Positions 53,025-64,000 of a stretch of 64,000 nt of DNA are shown in pieces. Every line of letters starts with the position of its first letter. Within the stretch, counting starts at the first letter, position 1. Below the pieces are notes generated by a model. The model did not search any database, was not told where the DNA came from, and saw only the letters and a list, made by a program, of their open reading frames with translations. The position numbers were made by a program, and so were the translations under genes. This DNA is from Ginglymostoma cirratum (lineage: Eukaryota): contig JAHRHZ010000062.1 of the NCBI GenBank assembly GCA_024137785.1, positions 26,832,244-26,896,243 on the forward strand, written 5' to 3'.

Positions 53025-53500
53025 TAGAATTATAGAGTCATACATCAAGGAAACAGGCCTTTTGGCCAACTAGTCCATGCTGACCATATTCCCGAATTAA
53101 ACTAGTCCCACTTGCTTGCATTTGGCTCCTATCCCTCCAAACCTTTCCTATTCATGTACTTATCCAAATGTCTTTTAAATGTTGTAGCTGTGCCTGTTCC
53201 TCTGGCAGTTCATTCCAGACACGAATCACTCTGTCTAAAAAAGTTGCCCCTCATGTCCTTTTTAAGACTTTCTCCTCTCATCATTAAAATATGCCCCCTA
53301 GTTTTGAACCTCTCCCCCAACCCTAGGGAAAAGACCCTTGCTATTCACCTTATCTATGCAACTCATGATTTCATAGACCTCTATGAGGTCATCCCTCAAT
53401 GTCCTACATTCCAGTGAAAAATGTTCCAGGCTATCCAGCTTATTTTTATAACTCAATTCCATCATTCTTGACAACATCCTAATGAATCTTGCCTGAATCC
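53025..53500 (-). mobile_element. CR1 LINE 3' fragment
   Basis: ORF 53298-53507 IQARFIRML..LSY..L..FSLE.R.LR.DLIEVY.IM..IDKVN..LFPRVG. Confidence 0.93.
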
Positions 53501-53990
53501 TAGCCAATAGCTCTCAGAAATTTATTGTAGTCAGCTAGAGTCTATGTTTTCCTTTCAGTTGTAACTTTCTTACATTTTTGTTACCCTTATCACTAAAGCA
53601 CAATTAAGCTTTATTTACAAAATTATTTTTACTTGGAAGGAGAGTGACAATGTGAGGCTATGTTAATCACTACAATAAAGCTGGGAGTTGTTACCAAACA
53701 GATTGTGCATTACACGTTGACAAGCGGTGTGAGATATCTTGAGACAATAGTGTCATTCTACTTCAGCTTTGCAATTGTTTGCAGAAAACAATAAGTTTAA
53801 AAAAAATGGAATCAAACTGATATTTTGAATGCTATACAATTATACATGCAAAGAAGCATTCATAGAATTTTATTTGTCTCATTGGTGTTCAATATGGAGC
53901 TAGCTATATAACTCAGTACCTCTGTTTATACATCACTTGAGGTACCAGTTTCAAACTGTTAACAGTGGACAATAATGTATGACTTTTTAA

Positions 53991-54115
53991 ATTTGATTTA
54001 TTATTGTCACATGCACCTAGGTATTGTGAAAAGTATTGTTTTCCATGCAGTACAGGCAGATCATACCATGCAAAGTGCTTAAGGGTAATAGAACAGAGTG
54101 TGCAATACAATGTAA
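53991..54115 (-). repeat. Short interspersed repeat (probable LINE 3' tail), copy 2
   Basis: Direct similarity to 28525-28632. Confidence 0.7.
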
Positions 54116-54959
54116 CGTCTGCAAAGAAGGAACAGACTTAGAATTGAGTTTTAAAAGATCAGAACGACTGTAAGATATGTAACAGTGAGATCTGCTGTAG
54201 AGAGCTCCCAAACATTTGCCATACGTTGGTGCCACCTTGAATTCAGGAGCGCTAGGAATCAAGACAGTGTCAATGATAGTTTGGAATATGTGTTCAACTC
54301 AAAGGTTTCAATGTGCAACTTGGTGACTATGGATGTGTATATCTCAAGTTTTTGCTGTGTCGCACCTACATTTAGTTTGAAAATTTTAAAAGACTATTCT
54401 GTGAACTTCTTAGCAATGACAGACCTGACAAATGTACAAAGGGATGACACTCAAATAAAAACATGTGCTAATGAGTGGATTTTACAGTACTTTTTCAGCA
54501 ATTGCATCTTTCCTTATACTGCCAGTAATCTATCAGAGAGAACATTGAGAGCATAGTATTTCCTTACTGACTGTGGCAACTTGGAATTTGTAACCAAAAA
54601 ACAAAATTTCAGAACATATCTTTCAAGTCAACACTGGCACTCAGAGTAAACCCTACATATTTTTATTCTAATGCTCTATCTGAAAAGTTTCTGATAGATT
54701 TAAATAGCGAATTCAGGATACAGGTATATCTAAAAAATAACTAGAAACTGTTTCCTGACACAAATGCAAATTTTAATTTCTCATCCTGTATAGATTCCAA
54801 GAAAGCCAGGTTATCCAAGACTCAAGGATTTTTTCTGACGTCTTTTATTTCTGATTTGGATATTCATTCATTCATAAGTCTTATTTTTTAATTTACTTTA
54901 TTTTCTTTTCCCAGATGTCTTCACCCTGCATTTCTAAGCACTTATATTGAAAAATATGT

Positions 54960-55340
54960 TTTATTTTCTCTCCTTCTTTGCAGAAGGTGACTTGCGCTGA
55001 TGTCCAGCTCCATCAGCAGCATCAGCCTTCTAAGTACACAACCTAAGTTGCTTTTTTTGTGGATGAGTTTGGATTGCGTTAGTCAACAATTTATTTGCAG
55101 ATGATGAGATGGGTGGGACAGCACCATCACTGTCAGGTCTCATGTCCTAACCTGTCATTATTGTTGCCAGCAAGAGTGACTGGATAGTAATCAATAATGG
55201 GAGCCTTGGCTCAATCTTCCCATTCCTGTTCAGGATTGCTATTGGTTAATTACAGTATTCTCAATGTTATGTAACAGATCTCAGCCTACTCAGTATTCCA
55301 GAGAATTGATCAGGGAACCCTTCCATGTCTTTAGGTCTTA
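54960..55340 (-). mobile_element. Old SINE-like interspersed family, minus copy
   Basis: Shares GAAGGTG..ATGTCCA/GTCCAA and CTGGATAG/CGGATAG blocks with 62510-62820, and reverse-complement blocks with 58750-59120. Confidence 0.45.
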
Positions 55341-55984
55341 ATATTGGGTAAGACGTTAAAACATCAGGGAAGTGTTTTAACTATGCCATGTAATATTAGT
55401 GTAAGGACTTGCAAAGCTTTCTCAGCTTAGTGTCTGAAATATCCTTCCAAAAACAGCCCCAGCTTATAATCTTACGAGTAGCTATTACTGAGTAATGTTA
55501 TTTTCCTAAAACACTGCTGTTATTTAACTTGAAAATAATGAAAACCTTGTGTCTAATTCTGTGAACCAAATTGTAGTGACCTTTCATGTGACCCACCTGT
55601 CGACTTCTCACAAATGATAATGGTTACCTCATGCCACCATAATCTGAAGTGTACAATAATACCAATTACTTACAACAGATTATTCTTCCCTATTTCTGTA
55701 GCAATCTGCATGAATAGATATGCCAATGTGATGACTACTGTATATACAGCTTAAATCTTGCTCTTATATGAAGCATGAAACCTTTGTTATCACCTTGTTA
55801 GTGATTTGTGTTCATCCAGTCTCCTTACAATACTCTGGGGTGTAACGATAAAATGGTACATTTATCCAAACCTCCTCACATAGATTAATGACGTGTAGCA
55901 TTTTTTAAGAGAAGACTGGAATAGAAAGAGATTGAATTTAAATTGGGGAAACTGCTGGCATGATTGAAGAAATACATTGTAAAA

Positions 55985-56275
55985 TGAATAGAGGCATAGA
56001 CTACTTTCTAAATGGGGAAAGGCTTTGGAAATCTGAACTACTAAGTGACTTAGGACTCTTTGTTTAGGATTCTCTTAAGTTAAGCATGCATGTTCAGTTG
56101 GCAGTAAGGAAGGCAAATATAATGTTAGCATTCATTTTGAGAGGGCTAGAACACAAAATCAAGGATGTATTGCTGAGACTGTAGAACATTCTGGTCAGAC
56201 TGCATTTGGAATATTGTGCGCAGTTTTAGGCCCCATATCTAAGGAAGGATGTATTGGCCTTGGAGGGGATCCAAG
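55985..56275 (+). mobile_element. CR1 ORF2 fragment
   Basis: Encodes VQLAVRKAN.MLAFI.RGLE...KDVLLRL..LVRLHLEYCAQF. Confidence 0.9.
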
Positions 56276-56289
56276 GACCTGCACTGACC

Positions 56290-56905
56290 CAGAAAGTGCC
56301 TTCTTATCCACCCTATCTTGGCTCCTCTACACTTCTATCAGGATTCCTGGTGCTCTAAGGAGAATATCACCAGCCTATCTAACTTTCCCTGATATTTCAA
56401 ACTCTCTACCCCAGGCACCATCCTGGTAAATCTCCTCTGAACCCTCTCTAGTGCAATCACATACTTCTTATAATGCGATGACCAGAACTGCATGAAGTAC
56501 TTCAGTTGTGCCTAGCCAGCATTTTATTTAATTCAAAAACAACCACTTTGCTGTTGTATTATATGTCTCAGCTAATAAAGACAAGTATCCCATATGACTT
56601 CTTAACCTCCTTATCTACCTTCCCTGCTACCTTTAGTGATCTGTGGATATGCACAGCAATGTCCTTTTAATCTTCAGTGTCCTATCTTTTGTTGATAATA
56701 CTTTACCCTGCTAGCCCTCACCAAGTGCATTAGCTCACACATTTCTGAGTTGAGTTCCATTTGCTGCTATTCTGGAATTCTATTCTATTTTGGAACAAAG
56801 TCCCACTTTGCCTTGGATCCCATAGGCTCTTACTTTCTTGATAAATCTGCTATGGAGAACCTTACCAAAAGCCTCGCTGAAGTCCATGTAGAACGCATCA
56901 AATGC
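56290..56905 (-). mobile_element. CR1 ORF2 fragment, opposite orientation
   Basis: Minus strand encodes DFSEAFGKV, MELNSEMCELMH, QL.YFMQFWS.HYK, LERVQRRFTRMVPG. Confidence 0.88.
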
Positions 56906-57003
56906 ATTCTGGCATCTTGGATTATTAGAAAATGTATCATATATATATTAGGTAATGAGGCAACTGAATAAAAGAAGATGTCTGGGGATGTCTACAGGAA
57001 TTG

Positions 57004-57198
57004 AACAAAGAAAGAAGTTGCTGGATAAGCTCAGCAGGTCTGGCAGCATCCATGAAGAAAAAAAATCAGAGTTAACGTTTCAGGTCCGGTGACTGCTCCT
57101 CAGAGACTTTTTCTTCATAGATGCTGCCGGATCTGCTGAGCTTTCCAGCAACTTCTGTTTTTGTTCCTGATTTACAGCATCCATAATCCTTTCAGTTT
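57004..57198. mobile_element. Penelope-like fold-back insert with TSD
   Basis: Arms AGAAGTTGCTGGA..GCTCAGCAG.TC.GGCAGCATC.ATGAAGAAA / TTTCTTCAT.GATGCTGCC.GA.CTGCTGAGC.TTCCAGCAACTTCT; TSD TCTACAGGAAT at 56991-57001 and 57199-57209. Confidence 0.9.
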
Positions 57199-58749
57199 TC
57201 TACAGGAATGGAGATGGGCTTTCATTGCCATGAACTTGTTTAACATACAATTAGATCATTGCTTATCTGTGCGTCAACTCCATTTATTAAATCTGATGTT
57301 CACTGCTTGGACACCCTCTAGACCTCATTTGGATTTGTCACTGCATGGGGTTTCACTCCAATAGCTTTTCAAATCTTGCTTAAAAATGTATAGGGTTTGT
57401 TTAATGACTGGAGAACTATTCTGGAGTTGGACATTATATAGAGGAAGTTTTGCTTGGTAGCACCTGACACTCAGACAACCAGTCTCAGAGTTGAACTGCA
57501 AAATGTAAAAAGTACTTTCAACCAATTTATGTAGTGGGTATACAGGGTTAGATTTTTCTCCTTGTTCATTCTCATTGGGCAGAAAGTTGAGCCCTCAATT
57601 TATTATTAAATCCATAGGTAATAAATAGAGTAAGCCATTTCTGCTGTGAAAATAAACACATGTGTTCTTGCTTTTGAGTTTTTAATAGCCCCACATGTTC
57701 TGAAGTGGATCAGTGGGCTACTGACTTTATAAAGGAATTAAAACAAAAATAACATCAACTGTATGAACAGTTGGCAACTTGGGAGAAGCAATACAAAAGA
57801 AAATACATTTTGTGAGAGGAATTTCAAGACAGTTTACTCATGCCAGCAACTCTTGTGCACTTCTTGGCCCCAGTGAATTTTTCCAAACAACACTGCTTCT
57901 CACTAACTGGAATTTGTTTATCCGGTTTGCTTCTTATTTTGTCTGTAAGTAATAATCGTATCGAGTTATCTATTTACTGGTGGTCCCTGAAGTTAATTTG
58001 AACTAACACTAGAGATTACTTCTGACTCAGAGAACATTGGTTGATTTTTTGAATTCCAGAAATTAACCTGTAATTGACATGCTGCTAATTTGGAAAAATG
58101 ATAGCCCTAGCTCTAAATATCTGGTCACAGGAAGGAAAAAGAAGATTTGCTCTGATTTCAAGCTTGCCGGGTTGTACTCTTTAACCTGTGAATGACTTCC
58201 AATGCATTAAAGGCTGAGCATTACAGCACTGCCATAGCACAACACAAAGATTCTACCTCATGGAATCAAGAGATTTAGCTCTGGTCAGCAGTCTTTGTAC
58301 AGCTTATTATATGGATGGTGATTTTTAATGTTTTAAAGAAAAATAATTGCATTCTGGAACAAATTTACCAGGAGTCAATTTTGGAATAACACTTGATAAG
58401 GCAAAAACACAAAAACAAGTCTGGAAAAAGAGGATCCTGATGCCAATAATCAGGATCTCAGCGTTCAATTCTTCTTACATTTTCTTTCCTTTCAACAAGT
58501 GTATGTTTTCAGCTAAGGTACACAAAGCAGTATTAGATCTGGTACATTTTGTCTTTGTTTCTGCAGCAATGGTGCTTTTTTGTTTAGAATTTATCATTTT
58601 TAACCAAATGTCCTCTACCTTGTTCCCATTGCTTTTTCAAATTTGACTTTGGAAAAGGACCATAACCTCCACATTTTGTAATGAAATCTTCATTTATGAT
58701 CCAACTGCTTTACAATACAGGCACAGGATTTAACCACAAATCACTGCCT

Positions 58750-59120
58750 CAGGCTGATGGCATAAAAAGAGTGTGGTAAGCAGATAAATACATTGCATGG
58801 TGAGATACTGAGCCACATTGTAGGCTGAATTACTAAGTTTGGCTGGAGTGGCAATATGGATGGGAGAATTGACCTCAGTGCCTGTGGCCTAGGTTATGAG
58901 CAAGAAAATCAGTTGGAGTACCCATTTCTGATTATAGTCTACTACACAGCATGCTTGTGAGGACAACAGCTGAGGAAAATTATGAGGCTGAGATGTTGTG
59001 TCCATGCTACTCACCACGCTTTAATAATCTTCTCATGTCTAGATCCGGAAATGAAAAATGTTGCTTGGGTGAGATACTGATGAAATGTTAGAATGTGCAT
59101 GAATTAATGCTTCAGGAGGA
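58750..59120 (+). mobile_element. Old SINE-like interspersed family, plus copy
   Basis: Blocks CTGAATTA, AATTGACCTCAG and GAAAATCAG recur at ~30040-30120, ~44390-44445 and ~46710-46805. Confidence 0.45.
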
Positions 59121-61623
59121 GGTTCATAATTGATTGGAAAAACAGTGCTGCGAACACATACAAGCTCAAATTTTCACTGTGTGGTGAAGCTCTACCAGTA
59201 ATGTATCCCCAGGTGGTGAGGAGAGAGCAATCTGTGTTTGGTAATCAGATTTATTTCTAACAGGTCCTGGCAGCTTCTTTTACCTTCTCAACATATTGAT
59301 TGCCTGATTGGAGACGTAATTTGACCTCCACAATTCCAAGAGCATAGTTTTTGGTAGAGAGTGTTAAACTCAATTATGTCAGTGCACAGTGAGCAGGCCC
59401 TACATTTGTTTTCTATAAAGGAACAGCTTGGCAGCAAACAGAACCATTCAGATATAGCAGCTGTTAAACAGTAAAGACAATTGAATCAAATATTTAACTA
59501 AGGGCTTTCAATTGCCATTAAAGCCAAAGGTTTGGAGCTCCCATTTATGGTATTTTTACCTCTAATACAAGAAAATGTAATTTTTGAAGCTGCTATTGTA
59601 CCCCTAAGTGCTGCAGTATATTGGAAACAACCAAATATTCTTATCTAAGTGCTCTTATCTTATCTGGGTGCACATGTTGTAAGTAATTACGTGTAAGATC
59701 ATACAGATTATCAACAATGTTTGCATCAGTGAGCTATGTCAGTTTTTGATTATTGGAACTATTGAGGCACCATGTAAAAGATGGCAATCGTTCTGGGATA
59801 AGTAATGAAATAGAGAGGGTTAGGTGGTATCAGACATCAATTTACTTATTTGGGGAACTTTGCAACAACCTTCCTCACCTGCATCTGATAAAGAACATGA
59901 TCGATACAGAGTAAGTGCTTGATGAGCTGAATTCTGTTGTTTCACCCATAGTTTCTTGTGTGTATGTTATTTGATCATGGGTGGAATACTTTAAAATTTG
60001 GATGGTAGTGTAAAACATTGGATATAGATTCAGCTACCCAGTTTTCATGCCCATTGAAGCAAATGGATGTTGCCTATCTTTAAACTATCACTCAAAGTCT
60101 AAATTACTTCTTCTGTAATATGCGTTAAAGGTTCCACCAGTGGGAATATGGACAATGGGACATACTCTGATGTTACAATTCTCAAAGTTGAAATGGCTTT
60201 TATCCGAAGTGCAAAATAAAAATCGGTTGGTAATATTTAAATAAAAGAGAATAAGCAGTGTAGATCTTTTGAGGAAACAATATTAATAATGGAGTTCAGT
60301 GTGGAGTAGATCACAGTACTCCTCACTCGATATCTATTGCTGCTATTGCATTCTTGTGAAACTTTTTACCTATACAGTGCATTTACAGTCTATCCTTGTA
60401 TCATGAGGGCTTAATAAAATCCACTCTTCAAATCAAAACATTTAGTTTAGACCAATACAGTGCCATTGATTCCCTGTAACAATCTATACAGCCTCAACAC
60501 AGCATGTTTTACAGGAGTATTTGAGTAAGATTCTGCTTTTGTTGTGAAATCTTGCTGGATGAAAATGTGAGCCAGAGATAGGATTAAGATATTATAAAGG
60601 TCAAGTCTATTCACTTGAGATTCCAGACAGAAATTGAATCTTGCCCCTATATTTTCCTCCTCCTAAGTACATGGTTTTGATATTTATTGTACATTTAATT
60701 CCATTTGGCCCTAGATATTTGTAGAGCCCAATACTGGAACAGTAGGAATTAAATCTTTTGTTTGTAGCTGGGGGTTTTACACAAGCCAATAAAGATCATC
60801 TTTTCTCACCAGACCTGAAGGTAGCTGAGGATGCTTTGGTACAAATAATCTCAGTCAACTTGGTTCGAAAATTGCAATGTTATTCATGATAAATGAACTG
60901 AAAGGATGTTTTGGCTGTCTTGGTAGGAAAGGATCAGCCACCAACATAATCCACACTAACTCACTTCATCTTTGCCATCGATACATTTTCAGTCTAGTTT
61001 GTTGGGAAAGAATGTCACTGTTGCTCCAGAAATCCTTTGCTAAAGAAGCGCTTTATACCTTTTGGCTAACATTTGGACCATTTTCCTTTATAGTTGCTTG
61101 TTTAATTTGCCATTTTTTAAAGCACAAATAAATTTTCAGAATATGACACATTAGGTAATGGTTGATTATTTTTCTGTCCTGAATTTTTGTAGCTATCATC
61201 ATGTTGAAATAGCTTCATATCATTTTCAACTACAATTTTTCTTGAGGTATATGGGGTAAGTGAAAATGGGAGGGAATCTTTGCCCAGACTTAATGGAGCC
61301 CCATTGGAATAGGTTAAGTGGTGGCTCATTAACTTTTGAGGGGCGCTGAATGGCTTATTTCCTCTTGTGGGGAAACTGACACCCATTTAGATATCACCTG
61401 AGCATGAACGAAGCCATGTGTGACAAATGTTCCCACTTTTATGTACTTTATTAACTATTCCTCTCATTAATTGGGCTCATTACTGTAACACGTAAAGGCC
61501 AGTACCCCTGAGCATACTGGGATTTAGTGTTGGTCTCAGTAGTTCTTCTGAACTTAGGTGGCTCTCCTATGTCTTCTAAAAGCCATCCAGTATTCCTGAT
61601 AGGCTTCCTGGGGTGGATCCTCT

Positions 61624-61650
61624 TTCAAAAGGCACTTAGTGCCTTTTGAA
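61624..61650. repeat. 27 bp palindrome
   Basis: TTCAAAAGGCACT-T-AGTGCCTTTTGAA: perfect 13 bp arms, 1 nt centre. Confidence 0.95.
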
Positions 61651-61670
61651 CCAGAATTGAGAAGGGCAAT

Positions 61671-61794
61671 CAGAAGCAAAAGCAGAGATTGCTGGAAAAG
61701 CTCAGCAGGTCTGGCAGCATCTGTGGAGAGAAATCAGAGTTAAGGTTTCGGGTTGAGTGACCCTTCCTCAGCATCTGCAGTTTTTTTTTTGGTT
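61671..61794 (-). mobile_element. Penelope-like insert with perfect 14 bp TSD
   Basis: GCTGGAAAAGCTCAGCAGGTCTGGCAGCATCTGTGGAGAGAAATCAGAGTTAAGGTTTCGGGTTGAGTGACCCTTCCTCAG; TSD TTGAGAAGGGCAAT at 61657-61670 and 61795-61808. Confidence 0.92.
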
Positions 61795-63819
61795 TTGAGA
61801 AGGGCAATGCCTGCTGAGGGCCATTTCCTGCCTTTGCATCCAATCTCTTTTTCCCCATTCTCATCAGTGACTCCCTCCTCTTGACATCTGACATGCCATA
61901 TCTACATCTCTCCATTGATCCAGTAATGCTGCGGGTTGAAGACCTCAATGAACTATCTGGTGCTGTCACTGGTGGGCTGAACCCATGTCACCTATAATAA
62001 ATTCCATGCTTTTTGCCTAAAGGATGTGAATCCAGCATTTTAAAATTCATTGCTAATGGGTGTCTTTAAAACTTGAAAGTAAGTAATAAATGTCGAGAAG
62101 GACATACCTTCAAAGATTCTGCACAAAATTACAGTGCAACCATTATTCCCAGGACAGATAGGACCAACAGTAGCTCCTCATCTATTGAAAGATCACAGTG
62201 TTGGGTAACTATATGAGGTGTGTGTGCATGCAAGTAGGTTGTAGCTTCTAGTGTATCAGGAAATCCATCTTTCGCATGAAGCTTCCATTCATTCAGTTTT
62301 CTTGGTATTAGTTTTTGGAACAACTAATAAGCAGATCTCCTGACTAGTGCAGAAATTAACCTAGACTGAATAGTCTCTAACTGGAAATTCTCCCCGCAAT
62401 ACATGTGTGCCCAATAACAGAAGATATAGCCATTTTAAAATTTTCATTTTTTCTGTAAATTTGACACACATATAGTGACTACAAAGAATTTCCTTTTTTC
62501 TTTATCTCCTCACATCTCACTTGAAGGTGCTGACTTATGCTGGGTCCAAATTCATAAGCACCAGTTCACCTCTAGTACTTCCTGTTTAACAGACGGATAG
62601 TCACACATTGAATTAGGCAGTAAAAGACTTGAGGGTTTTATTAAATATTTAGTGTTTTACACAAAAGCACTTTCCACCTTTCCACTCTGAACCCTTCCCC
62701 TGAGCAGAAACCAATTCCACACTAGCGATGGTCCAGTTCTTAATACAAAGTCCAGTGAGTGTAACCTGTTCTCAATCAACTCTGGACTTGTTCAGGTTTA
62801 GCCTCAAAAAGAAATGCATTCCTAAAACTGACACCTTTCCTAAGCGAACATTCTTTAAATGTGAGGAATGGGTAAATGACTACATGTTCTGGGAGCTGAA
62901 TTTAACCCAAGCTTGCCTGATAGTCCACACATACTGGCTTCCCAACAAGATTGTGAGACAGAACAGGAGCCCAGCAATTTTATTCAGTACATTGATCAGG
63001 ATTATTGAAGCCAGTTGTTATGAAACATTTATACTATTAGCTCCTTGAGATCAGCTTCGTCAAAGGAATGGAATGTGAAGATTTTTCTGGTCTATATGAG
63101 CTTGAAAGCTTGCTGATGAAACTTTTAAGATGGAAGCAACATGAAAATCTTGCTTTATTAAACCCAAAAAAACACATTTTTCTTTCCATTGTATCATTGA
63201 CATAAAAGAATATAATCCACAGGTACCAGAGGAGGAGAAAAGTTCACAATGTGGGTTTCAATTACTCTCATTGCAGTTTTAAATGCTCTACTCATTTTGG
63301 AAAGGCAGTTTTGTAGAAGACAAATGAAAGTGTCACTCTTAGCAGAGACTGCCTTTCAAGAATCAATTGAATTCTGATATTTGGCAGCAGTCGCAATGAC
63401 TATGAACAACAGCACTATAATATTACTGTTTGAATAGAGGAGGACAATAATAATTTTTGTGGAGACTGATGGGGCTCAGTCTAACCTGATCATTCATGGA
63501 TCAATTGGTTCCATTCTAGTTTAATTTACCATATGATTTACTTGCAGTTCAGTATTGTAGAAAAATATCCACAACAATTTACCCGCTGGCCTGAAATAGC
63601 AAGCCATCTCTTTCAAATATAGAAGCGATGTAATTACAACCTTTCTAAGGTAGGCAAAAGTTTGAACTATCAAACCCACTCTTATTTTCTGTTTTATGAA
63701 CACAATTAATGCTTTTGCAACCTTGGTGCCACAATGTCTTCCTTTATTACAAGGGGTAAATTTTTTATTGTGGTGGCAGCATCGTGCTTTCATTTTACGG
63801 AATCATTAACTCAAAAATT

Positions 63820-64000
63820 TACAGCACAGATTAAGGCTATTTGGTCCATTGTGTCCCTGCCATCCAACAAGCTGCCATCTAATCTAACTCCTCGTACATA
63901 GTCTTGTAGTTAGCCGCTTCAAGTGCATATACAGGTGCTTCCTGAAATAGGGTTTCTGCCTCAACCATCCATTGAAACAGTGAGTTCAAGATCACCACCT
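63820..64000 (-). mobile_element. CR1 3' tail running off the window
   Basis: ACAGCACAGA..GGCTATTTGGTCCATTGTGTC..TTCAAGTGC..TTTCTGCCTCAACCA..GAGTTC inverted tail pattern. Confidence 0.7.

Noticed and set aside
1-64000. Prokaryotic-type systems (CRISPR arrays, operons, rRNA)
   Set aside because: No regularly spaced repeats, long ORFs or rRNA motifs; the sequence is vertebrate non-coding DNA.

Overview
AT-rich, CpG-depleted, essentially non-coding vertebrate DNA. The repeat content (HE1/V-SINE, Deu-type SINE, many CR1 LINE fragments, short Penelope-derived inverted inserts, decayed Harbinger) points to an elasmobranch, probably a shark; this is inferred from recalled repeat families, not a search. 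I recognise no host protein-coding exon: every interpretable ORF in the track is decayed transposon protein (CR1 RT/C-terminus, L1-type zf-RVT), and manual translation adds RTE and Harbinger Myb/SANT remnants. The first ~1.9 kb is CpG-rich and promoter-like, with a candidate minus-strand TATA, so most of the window may be upstream or intergenic to a gene leaving the left edge. Best second-look items: (1) a ~280 bp inverted repeat at 36.6/37.8 kb whose arm identity steps from ~81% to ~97% and which encloses a candidate exon; (2) TSD-flanked fold-back Penelope inserts carrying minimal hammerhead-ribozyme cores; (3) an AG|GTAAG recursive-splice-like site at 32275; (4) several plus-strand non-coding exon candidates. 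Repeat boundaries are approximate and read by eye.
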